From contig JAMWBK010000009.1 in assembly GCA_029953675.1 (NCBI GenBank), forward strand, positions 682,001 to 746,000: a DNA stretch of 64,000 nt, in the 5' to 3' direction. This DNA is from Rhodosorus marinus CCMP1338 (Eukaryota > Plantae > Rhodophyta). The notes under the pieces were generated by a model. That model did no database searches. It saw only the letters and a list, made by a program, of their open reading frames with translations, and was not told the DNA's origin. Both the position numbers and the translations under genes were made by a program. Below, piece by piece: positions 1 through 12,548 of the stretch (the stretch's first letter is position 1; every line of letters starts with the position of its first letter).

Positions 1-4
1 TCAC

Positions 5-1468
5 CTATTGTTTCCAAAAGCACACAAGGGGTTCAACAACAGGAACAAAAAGTGGGTCAACGCAAGGGTTCGGGTTGACTCTTGACTCCTCTGTGCTCAT
101 CACACGAGACACTTGAACAAAGACCAACCGGCCCCAACCGATATGAAAGAGCTGTCTATAGTGGTTGTTCCATACCTGAGACATTTTCATTACGTAGAAG
201 TCTCTCAGGATTGTAGTTTCAACAATAGAAGCAAACGCTCGAAACGCAGAGTATGGGTCCATATGCAGTGTAAACATAGCTGCTATGAAGGACATCCCTT
301 GTGCATAGCCAACCTCTGGACGAAAAAGAGCATATTTTTCAAGTAGACAGCCGAGCTCGTCTCGAGAACTGTGAGAACGGGCGAGAAATCAGAAGAGGCG
401 CTGTTCAGGAACGGATGATCTATGGGACTCCTTCTCCTGCGTAGGCTATCCTTGTTCTTTTTTTTTTCTGCCGTGGCTGGTTTCGATATGGACTCACTTT
501 AGATCTCCCTCATGAAGAAACTCGAGGTCCGTAAAAGTTCTCGGAACGTCGAGCGCTATAGAGTTTGATGCGGTGTTTATCCTTGAAACCCCATCTGTAA
601 CATCACCGTGGGAGTTCCTAAGAAGGTCGGCCTCGTTTTGCGTGACACGCTCCGTCAGAACCTTCTGAAGCTCGTCATTTAGCTGAAGGGGATTCCCCAG
701 GGATTCACTCCATACTGCTCCACGCAGCACGACAGGAACACCCATAAAGCAAAGCTCACGACGTCGTTTGCTAGATTCTCGATTTTCTTCCGTTTGCCAC
801 ATTTCCTGTAGCACTTGATCCCTTTGCAGTTGGTCCATTGCAAGTACCGCAGAGATTTCCCTCTTCGCACTGCTCTTTCGCACGCTCAACTTCCGGGAGG
901 ATGAGCCTCTCTCAAGCTTGGCCTGCACAACTTCACTGGAATCGAGCTTCCCGTTTCCTTGAGTGTTTGCGGAGTTCTTTAGCATTCGGAGCTGGCTTTT
1001 TAAACTCGCCTCAAACTGAGCATTGAGGTTGGAACAGTTACCAATAATCTCCCTGACAGGCTCGGATCGCTTCGCGATCAGAATGTCCTCCAATTTCGTC
1101 ACGCCCGCATCGTGTGGGCCTTGCTCCACGGGCTCCAACATTCTCAACGTGACGCCTAGCGTAGTTGGCGAACTATCCTACGCCAAGCATAACTCACGAC
1201 TCCCTACCAGTCCAAAGCTCCTTCTGCAATAAGCACTCAGCTGGTCCCTACGCAAACTACGCAACCCCGTTATTGTGCACTCCAGATTCGGTGTGCAGAG
1301 GGCGCCACAACGTGAAAGCTGGTCGAGATCCTTTGGCCTGGGAGTCCAGCTTGAGTGAGTCACCAGGCCCTCTGTCAAGGCATTCTCCTCTACTGCTGAG
1401 CGTGAGCTGAACTTATGGCTGTTCGGACGTGGTTTGAAGTTGGGAACCTCAGGCTCGAGGTGCTTCAA
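5..1468 (-). CDS. TBC-domain Rab GTPase-activating protein (multi-exon, runs off the left edge)
   Basis: TBC motifs GVPVVLRGAVWSESLG, IALDVPRTF, YSAFRAFASIV and DFYVMKM. A 42-bp intron at 1156-1197 (GTGAGT..CTAG) joins ORFs 1178-1468 and 494-1147 in frame. Confidence 0.85.
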
Positions 1469-1985
1469 GCACCTCGGTTCCGAGCTCCCAGAATTTTTTT
1501 TTTTGGTTTTAGACTCTTCGTTAATAATATTCTGAGCTACCCGTCAACGAGTCTGTCCTGGCTCTTATGCAACGAAATTCGAAATCGAATGCTTCATCGA
1601 TGTTGCAATCCAGGGAAAGCGATATAGACATCCAACGCGTTGACGTTCTCGCTCAGGGGAGTTAGTTTCTCACCCAACTACTACCTTCACACCTATTCAC
1701 TACCTGACAATCGAGTCTGGACTCAACCTGAGCGGTTTCAAATCCAGGACAAAGTCAGCTCAAACAGCGATTGTCGTCGGCAGCTCTAGAAAGGCGCTGG
1801 CCATATCGTCGGGTAAGCCGTGCAAAAAGTCAGTATGGTTCTCATAGATACACCCAGACAAACCACCAGGCAGTGCCCGGTCGAAGATCTGCCAACATCA
1901 ACCCCCCTCACCACATATCGCCATGCGATACGACGCAGTGCGCGTCCCTAACCCATCTGGAGGGGGAAGGCCCCGCGCCCGTGCC

Positions 1986-3662
1986 TTACACGCAGTAGAG
2001 ATCGTCGTCAACATTTGGCGGGACAGGAGAAATTTCCGTGCCCAGCTCCTGCTCGATTTTGTAGAGGTTGAACCGGTCATCATATGTAATCATTGATATG
2101 GCAATTCCCTTATGGCCAAACCGTCCGGATCTACCAACCCTGTGAAGATACGTCTCGCTGCTCTTCGGAAAGTCGAAATTAATCACAACGTTCACCGCTT
2201 GTATGTCAATGCCTCGAGTAAAGAGATCGGACGAAACCAAATTGCGGCATGCACCCGACCGGAAATCATGGAATACTCTATTGCGGTGGTGCTGGGGCAT
2301 CTTCGCATGGATGTAGAAACACGAGTACCCCAGTTCAGTGATCTTTCGTGCAAGCAGCTCCACTCGGTTCACAGAGTTGCAGAAGATTATAGCTTGATTA
2401 ATTCGCAGCTTAGATAGCAAAGTGTTCAAGCAATGAACCTTCTTTGACTCCTCGACAAATGCGTAGAACTGTGTGATACCTCGGAGTGGTAGCTCCTCCA
2501 TCAGATTGATTTCATACGGCTTTCTCTGATACCTGTCCCTAAAGCCCTTGACCGCGACAGGGAACGTCGCTGAGAATAAGTTGATCTGTCGATCACTGGG
2601 TATGAATTGGGTCAACAACTGTTCGATAACTGGCGTAAACTCAGCGGAAAGAAGCTTGTCCGCTTCGTCCATAACCAATATTCTGCAGTTATTGAGCTTG
2701 CACACTCCTTTTTCGGCCAAGTCCAACACTCTTCCAGGCGTTGCTACCAAAATATGCACTGGTTGATACAGTCGCATGATATCATCCTTCAGGTTTGTTC
2801 CGCCTGTTGATACCATGACCTCCAGTCCCTCCATATACTTGCCAAGCTTCTTCGTTACTTGCGCCGTTTGCAGAGCTAGTTCTCGAGTGGGAACCAACAC
2901 AATCGCCTGAATCACATTCTTATGCTCATCGACTCTTTCCAAGAGCGGAATCAGAAACGCACCAGTCTTGCCAGTACCGTTTTTGGCTCGTGCTAAAACG
3001 TCCCTTCCAGCCAGAGACACGGGGATCGCTTCCTCTTGCACTGGTGAAGGTTTCTCAAATCCCATAGTGAAAATTCCCATCAGCAGTTCCCTACGGAGGT
3101 AATAGTCCTCAAAGTCGCTCCCTTTTGTTTTTGTGACATCCTCGGTCTTAACTCGCTCATCAAGTTTAGGAGCCTCCACTAGAGTCTTCCAATCCTCCGC
3201 GGCTGCAATTTCTTCGGCTGTTGGACGTCGAGGCGCCGGCGGTCCGGTAGGCGTCGGCGTATGGCTTTCAATTCTTCTGTTGGTCTGCATGCGCGGCTGC
3301 ATCATCATCTGATCCCGCGGTATGCTCTTCTTCTGCTGAAATTGCGGTGGGGGCACTGGCCCTGTTTTCTGTTGGGTCCTTTGCTGCTGCTGGTGCTGTT
3401 GTTGTTGTTGTTGTTGTTGTTGCATTTGATGACCCCTCGACGCTCTTTGGGCGTAGGTTATACCTCCTTGGTTAGAAACATTTGGTGCGGGGCTCCTCGG
3501 ATACTGTCTCTGCTGACCTGCAGGTGGAGCTTGTGATACTTGCGGAGCCTGCGGTGCTGGTGATACTTGTGGAGGCGGCGGTGAAGACTGTGGTGCCTTC
3601 GGGGCCGCATGCGTCTGCACGACGCTGTTGTAGCTACGACGAGGCTGTGGCTGTCCGTTCAT
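1986..3662 (-). CDS. DDX6: DEAD-box RNA helicase DDX6/Dhh1 with a Q/P-rich N-terminus
   Basis: Uninterrupted 558-aa ORF with [33 protein letters not shown] and [11 protein letters not shown], plus the [16 protein letters not shown] segment typical of Dhh1. Confidence 0.97.
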   Translation of the reverse strand: MNGQPQPRRSYNSVVQTHAAPKAPQSSPPPPQVSPAPQAPQVSQAPPAGQQRQYPRSPAPNVSNQGGITYAQRASRGHQMQQQQQQQQQHQQQQRTQQKTGPVPPPQFQQKKSIPRDQMMMQPRMQTNRRIESHTPTPTGPPAPRRPTAEEIAAAEDWKTLVEAPKLDERVKTEDVTKTKGSDFEDYYLRRELLMGIFTMGFEKPSPVQEEAIPVSLAGRDVLARAKNGTGKTGAFLIPLLERVDEHKNVIQAIVLVPTRELALQTAQVTKKLGKYMEGLEVMVSTGGTNLKDDIMRLYQPVHILVATPGRVLDLAEKGVCKLNNCRILVMDEADKLLSAEFTPVIEQLLTQFIPSDRQINLFSATFPVAVKGFRDRYQRKPYEINLMEELPLRGITQFYAFVEESKKVHCLNTLLSKLRINQAIIFCNSVNRVELLARKITELGYSCFYIHAKMPQHHRNRVFHDFRSGACRNLVSSDLFTRGIDIQAVNVVINFDFPKSSETYLHRVGRSGRFGHKGIAISMITYDDRFNLYKIEQELGTEISPVPPNVDDDLYCV

Positions 3663-4976
3663 GTTTAACTTGTCATAAGATGGATGGACCCCAACCAGAA
3701 TATTAAAGGGTTACCTTCCACCCAAAAAACCACACACCACGCTTCCAATCCAACACCAAAGCTTGAAAAGCGCGCTCCAAAACCAAAATAAAAAAAGCCT
3801 CTTTGCCTTAAACCTACTACGTCCCCCACTCCAAACCAACCCTACTGAACCCCCTCTTCACTTCACGACCATAGACGGTTCGCTTGCGTTTTCCCGCTCA
3901 ACGCTCAAAACAAAAAAAAACCAAAAGAAACAAAAAAAGCCTCTTTACAAAGCTTTTCCAAATCCACTCCTTAGCCGTCCTTCAACACTTTAAATCTCCC
4001 TTCCCAATCCCTCTCTAGCCTCCAAAATACTCCTTTCAAACCCTGCTAACATTCCCTCATCCCTCTTCCTCCCCCGTCCCCATCCCCCCCTCCAAGCCCA
4101 ACCCCCCCAAAACTCCTCCCCACCTCTCTAGATCATAACGACTATCAAGAACGCATCAACAAGCACCCACACCCAAACCTCCCAAAATTTCCAAATCAAT
4201 AATCTAACTATCCTAAAATATAAGATTTCTTCCCCATACGAAATCTTTTCATTAAACTAGCATATTATTTTATATTTTATGCATATTCTTCCTTAAGTGG
4301 GCATAAATAGAAACAGAGCAATCCCCAAACCCTAAAACACGTGCCACCCCATTATTCCCCGTCTCTCGGCGCCTGTTCCCGCACAATCTCCTTAGCTGGG
4401 GTTATTTCCACTCTTGTGCGTGGAACATTCCGCACCTTACCCCCCTTACCATAGCGTTCAAAAAAATCTAATATTCCGTTTTGGAGTTTTCTTAATCTCA
4501 TGAATATGCTCGCGTATAGCTTCTCCATTAACCCCCTTCCTGCCTTGACCCAATTACCCCCCCGCCAATATCTGCAAATCGATCTGAAAGGATACCCCTT
4601 ACCCCCCTCCCTCGCCAATTTCTTATAATGTTTCTGCTGCAATAGGTGACGTTAGGGGTGAGGTAAGATTCAATGTTCTTCAATATAAACTGAAAAGTAT
4701 TTAGTTTCAAGGCTCCTGGAATGGTCTGAGGCCCTTCCCCCCCCCCTCCCCTCCCCCCATATTCTGTTCAGGAATTTGCAAAAGACCCCTTGAGGCTATC
4801 TTTCAATTCCACTTTTTTGCTTAAATCTTGTTTGGAATTGGAATGGACAGAATCTTACTGAAAAGCTGGGGCACAGGGATGCTGCTAAAAACTGGAAACC
4901 GACTTTGAAAAAGAACTTCACTGGTAAATCAAGGATTTTTTTGACAGGATGTGGCAATTTCGAGGATATAGCACAG

Positions 4977-5185
4977 TTTACCCCTTTCCTTAGTCTACTC
5001 CTATCCAACTACCATTGTCAGTAATTATACCATTCTTTGACCCGGCCTGGGACGCCGCCGTCATTCTGGCTTCCTTTACCGTCTATCCCATAAAATAGAA
5101 TGTAATTACTCTATCTAGTGCACTATCTAGAGAGGGGGCCGGGGGGGGGGGGGGGGGAGGGGGTTTGACAAGCAAATCGCCAACA
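4977..5185 (-). repeat. Putative 3' LTR of the copia remnant (direct repeat of 8227-8441)
   Basis: Shares TAATTATACCATTCT..GACCCGGCCT, TTACCGTCTATCCCATAAA..TAGAATGTAATTACTCTA and a G-run with 8227-8441. Confidence 0.7.
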
Positions 5186-5689
5186 CTCCCGCTTGGGAGC
5201 TAATCTAATCCTCAATAAGCCCCAGTTGCGGGAGCAGCCCTAGAAATGCTTTCTCAACCAAAGGCTTTGTGGAAGTGTCCGCTAACATTCTCCAGTCGGT
5301 ATGTACCGCAAGTCCACACCCCGGTTAGTACTTCACGCTGATTTGTCGCGACATTTTGATATCTTCTCCTGTCGCCCATTTAACGAAGGAGCTATTATCA
5401 GAGTGTCGGCTTCCATATCGGGCAACCTAGCCCCTCCAGGAACTCCTCCAGGCCAGCGCTGCAGCATCACCATGTCGCCTAGAGTCTGATACTCCGCCTC
5501 CGTAATTGATTGTGTTACCGACCGTTGTTTCTCCTACTTCGCAACAACCGTCACATTGTCCAACTTCGCAACGATCCCCGTTGTGCTCTTCCAGTGAGTA
5601 TCTGATGCCGAATCGGAGTCCGAATACCCCGTGTTCTAGTACTTCAACAGACACGATTTATATATTCAGAGCCTATCTACCCTGCAGTG

Positions 5690-5800
5690 CGGAAAGGGAG
5701 ATGCTGATGACGCGCGTCCTACAAATAATGCAGCATTCAAACGCCAGAGAGTTAGAGACAGCTCCGTGAGGGGGCTCAAGACGGCCCCGGAGTGCCATGG
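5690..5800 (-). mobile_element. Short diverged 3' fragment of the CRE-like element inside the copia remnant
   Basis: GCTGATGACGCGCGTC..AGCTCCGTGAG matches the element 3' end and encodes LTELSLTLWRLNAALFV. Confidence 0.75.
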
Positions 5801-6737
5801 CGAAAAACATGACGAAGCCAGCGAGTTGCAACACATGAGCTTCCCGTCATGGGTTGTTCCTCCCAGTTTCAAACCGAAGCACCTCGTCCCTGCAAGGTAC
5901 CAAAGCACTGACTTCGCCCAATTGCAGTGAGTTGCCTTATTGTCGTGCATGTGCCTAGCACATTGAATTACCCCGTACCCTATAACTGGTCTGCTTCTCA
6001 AATACACAAGAGACCACTCCAGGGCTTGAAGCAGCTCGTCCTTTTCGCCGTCCTCCTGTTGCGTTTCATTCCTCTGTTTCCTACCCGTCGTAGTTCTTAT
6101 CCCAGGGAGATCCCTTATCTGACCCATATCAGACACCTCATATTTCGCTTTGATTTCTGCATTTGTCCTCATTACCCCCTCCCTGGGACCAGTGGTTATC
6201 GTGTTATCATGTTCTTCCTGCCTGCTTAATCTAATCCCTCTTCCAGCCTGTAAGCTTCGGATTCTCGCCCCAGTCGCAATGTTCCCCTCTCCCGTAACGA
6301 CCCTGGTTCCTCAGCAAATGCTGCCCTCCTTTCTTCTGAATATGGGCATCCAGCGCTTCCTCTACTGTAGATGGTTCCTCCGCCTTGTACAGCTTGTCTC
6401 CCCTCTTCATCGCAATACTTTTGTTCATCGACTCGACGTGGCCCGCTCCTCTGGCCATTCCAAGACATGGACGGAAAGCAAAGGTTTAAATGTAACCCGC
6501 ATTGTCTGGACTCATCGCGTTTATGGTCTCATCGCCATGTGTGCCGTAGCGTCCGCAGTTGTGAGCCTATCTCGGCATGTGGAGTGGCAATGTTTGTTGT
6601 GGACAACAAACACACAAAGAGGATAGTGCTCAACACGTGCGGGAAGCAAGAACATGGAGCAAATATATGCTTTCAAAGGTAAGCTCCTACAGCTGCGCTA
6701 TCGGACTAGACATCGGTCCGCGCGAAGTCTAAGACAT

Positions 6738-7520
6738 TTCATCATCATCCGTTCAGAGCCGAACTACTCTGATAAGCGAGAAACAAGACGCTGACGACGC
6801 GCGCCCAACCATAAAGCAGCGTTGGAACGCCAGAGGGTCAAGGACAGCGCCGCGAGGAGGCTATCAAGACGCCTGGGTTGTTCCGAAATAGCCCACGAAG
6901 CCAACGAGAACCTACACTATCAACTAAACCAAAGCACTCGATGATGAGTGGAGCAAACCGATAGGACAATGCCGAATCTCGAAGCGTAGAGTCTAACATA
7001 GCCGCAGCGTACTGGGATTCCTTGAGTTGCCGCATTGACCGAGCTGCAGCGCCTCGGCATCGAGCAGACGCTGGCAGGTATCTGGTAGCCTGAGGACAAG
7101 GGATAGAAAGGTCGTTGTACTCACTCCGTCGAGCACTCAGAATCAGCGACCACTAGGTCCGCCACCCGTTGCACCACTGGGGCGTCAACTTCATCAGCAA
7201 CTGCCGTTGCCAATGGCAGGGTGACCTCATACTCCACCTCCCGGTCCGAGCCCAGCACCTGAGAACCAAGATAGCGGAACAGCAAGCTATTGAGCCGCGT
7301 TTGGCGTCGAGTCCGGGCCCCTTGGACTTGCGGACAAGATGCCAACAAGTGCCCACCAAAATCACCGCAAGGTACTGAGCCGCCGCACAGGTTACATCTC
7401 GAATGCCTGCCCGCAGTCCATGGGGGCTGTGGCAAGCCTAGGTACATGCGCAAGCTCGTACGCAGCTCGAATTCTGTCACCACCAACCGCGGGTAGGCAG
7501 GAATGACCGTAAAGAAGCGC
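6738..7520 (-). mobile_element. 5'-truncated, diverged CRE-like copy (zinc finger and RLE part) with (GAT)n tail
   Basis: RCNLCGGS..GHLLASC, RVADLVV and RFAPLIIECFG motifs. Tail CGGATGATGATG at 6738-6751. Confidence 0.85.
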
Positions 7521-8226
7521 GGTCAGGGTCGCATTACCATGTCTTAGACTTCGCGCGGACCGACGTCTAGGTCTAAACCCGTTCCTTCGGTGATTGATAT
7601 GTTATCGTTCTCGTGCCTCCAAGATCGTACGATTCATGAAACTTAGTAGTCGAAGGGACGAATACTCGGTACGTTCCATTCGCCTAACGTAACCCTTTGC
7701 AAGGCCGCCTCTGCTCCAAGCGCGCCCATTTTCTCCCACGCAGGGCGCGTACCTGTCATCACCTCGTGCGGGGCTTTCCAGTCTCGGAACTTCTTGGGGC
7801 TGTTGTTCAGCGCCCTCTGACCTGGTGGCAATGCCACTGGCCAAAAAACAGTGCCGAAGTCCGCTATCCACGAGTGTCGTCCTCAGTCTCGAGATGATTG
7901 TGGCGATGGCTCCTTGTAGGTGAGGCTCTCTGCCTCAAGCTTGAGCCTGGCTCTTCCAAAGCCCCCCAAAGCTCGAAGTAGTCCAGATACGTCTCTACCA
8001 TTACCTTCCGATGCTCATAGCGAGATACCCCTTCTCCTTACCCGAAAAGATCGGGGATGGATGAACAGCCCTCATGTCCACAGCCAACTATCCTCAGGTT
8101 CGACCTCTCCCTCGCGGAACTCCGTGTCCCTACCATCATTAACCCCACCCAACAAGATCCGCTAACAAATGAGCTAAAAACAAATAGATCACATATCTTC
8201 TATGGGCGCGTTACGTTAGTCTGCGG

Positions 8227-8441
8227 TTACCCCTTACATTTCTTTACTGCTATCCATGCTATCCAACTACCATGCTCAGCCTAATTATACCATTCTCTGA
8301 CCCGGCCTTGAAAGACGGTGTCGTCCTGTCTTCCCTTACCGTCTATCCCATAAAGTAGAATGTAATTACTCTACAGATTACCCTATCTAGTGAAGGGGCG
8401 GGGGGCGGGGGGGGGGTGGGGATCCTGCAAAACAAATGGCA
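8227..8441 (-). repeat. Putative 5' LTR of the copia remnant (direct repeat of 4977-5185)
   Basis: Diverged direct repeat of 4977-5185. No clear primer-binding site found. Confidence 0.65.
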
Positions 8442-8547
8442 GAAGATACAGTTGTGCAGACCTTGCAAGTCGTTGATAACTGAATGGGCTTTAGTTGACG
8501 AGGTCATGGATCGTTGCTTCTACTGGTAGAACCTGAGTTTAGGAGCG

Positions 8548-10262
8548 ATGGGTTCCGACTTTCTGATAAAACGGACCACGCGTAAGGAGGAAATTCAGCG
8601 GCGGAGGAAGATCGGTATTCTGATCGGGGCTGCCGGAACTTTCGCCTTGCTGACTGTGATATTTATCGTCCGCTCCGCACGAGGACGGGGTAAGTGTTCG
8701 TTGCAGGCTTTTGAATTATCTGCTGTATGCAGGGTCAGCTTTTTTTGCTGATGAAGCGCTTTTCGTCGGACAGCGTCTGTCGATCTCGAAAAAGCACGAA
8801 AGGAAGCGACGATAGCCTTAGACTCCGTCCACAAGGCGGAGGATGAAATTGCACAACTGAAAAAAGAATTGAAGGCGGCTAACGATGCGGCAAAGAAAGC
8901 TGCTCAACTGTCGTCGGCTGAAACGGCGAAGTATAAAAGACTAGCAGACGAAGCTGCTCAGCAGGTCGAGAACTCGCCAAACTGCTCAACATGGGTTAGA
9001 CCAGGCAAGGGTATGTTGACGTGACGACCTTACCTTCTTCATGGCTCGGAAAATCCGGTCCGCCATACCCGGTTGCAGATGCTTATACGTACATCATACG
9101 CTCTGCAACGCACAGGACAAAAGATTGCGATCACGACCGCGTACGACGGAGATAAGTACAACGTGATGGGGATGCTTGCTTCGGACACGAAGGCGAAATA
9201 CGCTGCCTTTCACAATTATGCGCACTTCCTGGACAATGACCTTCTCGAGTACGATGTTCTTGAACAAAGAGTTTTCATTGACGGAGTTGTTCACCATCTA
9301 GTCTCCCTTTTCCGGCAACAAACTGTATCATCTAGGGACAACATGTCATTCCAGCAAAAGTCAGGTTCTAGGATCGCGGTGTTCCGTCGGCATTGGAATG
9401 ACTACGATTGGCTTCTTTGGACGGATGCGGACGTTTTACTAACGAATCCAGAGATCAGGCTCGAGGACATTGTCGAAGAGCATGCTCCGGAAGGCTCAGG
9501 TGCGCTTATGATCTGTAGCAGGCAGAGAAATTGTTGCACGTTTCTCTTACTGACCGTCTGGGCTCTTTCAGGCATCCATGCGCTGATGTCCAAGGATTGG
9601 GGGGGGAGGCAGGTAAACCCGGGAGTATCTCTGATACGAACGTCACCTGAAGGAAAGCAATTCTTAGACCGCTGGGAGGCGGAAATTCAGACCGCTCGAC
9701 ACAACGACGATTTGCTCGCTATCAAGGAAGGCATGGAGAGGAATAAGGATCCAGTAAGTCGCGAATCTCCACCACTTTGGGGATGATAGTGAAGCAGCTA
9801 AGGGCAGTACTAAACTGTTTGATCACGACCACGTCCATCGCAGGAATTGAAGTATCTCAAGTTCGTTCCACAGCATGTCCTGAATTCGTACCCCGCGGAC
9901 GGCTTGAAGTACGAGGCCTACAACTCAACTACTGTTGAACATAACCAATCGCACGAGTTCTGGGAACCTGGTCACCTTTTCGTACATGTCGTCAACTGTT
10001 TGCGGCAGGTAGGAAAGTTCACGAAGGGCATACCGCTTTCGCCTACTTGTCCTGACGTTTTTTGTATTTTCCTCGCTCGATGCATTAGAGCCCACACTTA
10101 TTGGATTCCCAGTGCTGTGACGGTATCGCAGCGAGGTACTGGTATGAGTTCAATTCTAGGCTGCAGAAAATGTTGAACAAGCAGGACGATGAGAAGGACA
10201 AGGTAAAAGACTACAGCAGTGACTGGACAGCGAACTTCAAGGAGTTCTTATGTATTCGCTAA
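8548..10262 (+). CDS. Glycosyltransferase family 34 (GMA12/MNN10-like), type II membrane, multi-exon
   Basis: N-terminal TM segment (IGILIGAAGTFALLTVIFIV), coiled-coil stem, YDWLLWTDADVLLTN (DxD), SKDWGGRQVNPGV, VPQHVLNSYP and FWEPGHLFVHVVNC. Confidence 0.8.
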
Positions 10263-11252
10263 AGTAGCAATGCAGCTTGTGGGAGAGCGTTTCGTGAGAG
10301 GTGGAAGGGTAAAACGGTAAAACGGTAAAACGACCGGTGATATCCGTATTTCTCTGTACTCTTTAGTGGCGTTTTTTTTGTTCAGCCGAGTCTAAGCTCA
10401 GCACCAGTTTGCGGCCCACGAACTCGCTTACCGGTTTTGGATTACGCCTGAGCAATGGTCTAAACGCAGCTCCGGCTGATACTCGCGCGGCAGTCACAAG
10501 CGCTCGCCGGGCCATGTTTCTATGTTCGATACTAGAAGATCGACTTTATCGATATCAGAGGAGCGTCGTCAGCCGATTCAAGTAGTTTAGGCGGAGCCGA
10601 ACTACCCTGGGGAGAGTGCGAAACTAGCAAATTAACCCAGGAAAACGCAATCCGCAAACCGCGAGCGTCCAGGAACGATGCAGTATCGCTCGACTGAGTT
10701 GTGTCCCACGGCTGCTGTGTTTCCAGGAGCTTATCAACTCTTACGCTTCCTGCTGCTCCTTCCAGGACCATGCATCGCTTATTGCTTTGGGAGTGGATAC
10801 GCTCCTCAGGATACATAGGCTCTGTATAAACGAATCATGAGCAGAAAGCTCGATATACTCCCTTCCTCCAGGAAGGGTCCTCACAACGTCAAGAGTACGC
10901 ATACTATTTGCTAGTTAACAATCCTCTGAGTACTAGCGGACAACGAAGATCTCAGGTGTTAGTACACTCAAAAAACATTGTACTATTTTGATGAACTTCA
11001 TCAATTGTGTACTAACGGACGCCGTCGGTCGAACTGAATCCCATAGATTCTTAGAGAGGAGGAAGATGAAGCACTCATTTGCTTTGTCTGTATAGCTGGG
11101 GTTGGAGCCAGAAGTCGTTTGCTAGCAAGATTTTGGAGAAGGACTGTAGCGGATTTTAGGCTTGTCTGTGTTTTCTTTGCTGGATTCTTCTTCCTGTTTC
11201 CTTAGGGTTAGTCTACTTCGTTTGCTTCTTTGTGTCTGAGCTTTTTCGAGGT

Positions 11253-12341
11253 ATGGTTGGTAGTATTGCTGCTCGTCGGGCGAAGACGAAACGCGGGCGT
11301 CGGGAGATCTTGAAACATGAGCCCAAGATGGTGGAGAATCCGAAAGTATTGGCGTGTCTGAGGGGTCACGCGACGTCGTCTGTTGTTAACGGAGTTTTGA
11401 AGGAGTTTTACAGCTTGCGACGTCCCCTGGCGAAGAGTTTTACCCGGAAGAACTCCATCCGTCCGTTTGAGGCGGCTGGGGAAGCACCACTGGAAGCTTT
11501 ACTGGCGAAGAATGATTGCAGTCTGTTTATGCTCGGAAATCACACGAAGAAAAGACCTCATAACCTTATTCTTGGGCGTCTTTTTGATGGGCATTTGCTG
11601 GACATGGTCGAGTTTGGAATAGAGGACTTTGTTAGCCTCGAGGCCTACACTGTACGCTTTACGACTCGGCTAACTCATCACGGAAGCCCTGTCCAGAAGA
11701 CTCGATTCTGACTGACTCACTGCGTTTCACTCGATAGGGACGAAAGAGAAGCCTCGGCATCAAGCCGTGCGTGGTCTTCAAAGGGGATTTTTCTTCGGAT
11801 CCGAATCTGGAGAAGGTCAAAAATCTCCTCCTAGGTGAGAACCCACTCACAACACTACGAAGCCGGGCTTTATTGAGATCACGTAAGCTGACATTTGAAC
11901 ACCCTCCCTTCAGATGTCTTTCGGGGCCCAAATGCGAGTGAGGTTGACTTGGCTGGACTCGAGGCAATGGTTACTGTTGAGGTAAAAGATGGTCCCAGAA
12001 TTGTCATAAGACATCACAGAATCCTCTTGAAGAAGAGCGGTGGAAGGCTTCCTAGGGTGGAACTAGAGGACACCGGACCTACCATGGAGCTCTCCATCAG
12101 GCGCAGCCAATTCGCTGCGCCGGAGCTGATGAAGATGGCACTTCGACAGCCGAAGGGTCTCAAGTCCAAGAAAGTCAAGAATATTTCCTACGAGGAGGGC
12201 CTGGGTGACACGGTCGGCAAGGTCCACGTGCAGAAGCAAGATATGAAGGACCTCGCATTGAGAAAGATGAAAGGATTAAGAAAAGGAGCGCTCAAGGCAG
12301 CGGAGCAGGGAGAAAACGAGAATGACAACGCCGAGAATTAA
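11253..12341 (+). CDS. RPF2: Ribosome production factor 2 (Brix domain)
   Basis: AKTKRGRREILKHEPKMVENPK, KNDCSLFMLGNHTKKRPHNL, GRLFDGHLLDMVEFG and PRVELEDTGPTMELSIRR, with short introns. Confidence 0.95.
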
Positions 12342-12548
12342 TCTCATATAACACTAATTTCCCGTTGAGAAAGGTTAGGGCCTCGCCCATTCGGCTGTCA
12401 ACAAGAAGGAAATCGAAACCTTTGCGCCATACTTGTGTGGCCTGCACAGACTGCGAATGCCGGGTCTGGTCGCGGGGCCGGTTAGCGCGCAGTCTAGTTC
12501 CGGGATTAATTTTTGTTTTATTTATAGGGATCCTTAATGCTTCTTTTC

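Larger units (their letters stand above)
4977..8441 (-). mobile_element. Decayed, internally deleted Ty1/copia LTR retrotransposon
   Basis: RNase H-like GYSDSDSASD..KSTTG..SITEAEY (~5290-5650). RT-like KAKYEVSDMGQIR..HCNWAKSVLWYLAGT (~5845-6170). Post-integrase NSPKK..KAPHEVMTGTRP (~7640-7840). PPT-like AAGCGGGAG followed by TGTTG at 5194-5181. Confidence 0.75.

Noticed and set aside
4325-4336. AAACCCTAAA as a telomere seed or CRE target
   Set aside because: It is a single unit with no array and no adjacent element junction.
4352-5008. ORFs 4352-4642, 4528-4710 and 4796-5008 as a gene or viral remnant
   Set aside because: No recognisable motif; the other frames are stop-rich and homopolymer-laden.
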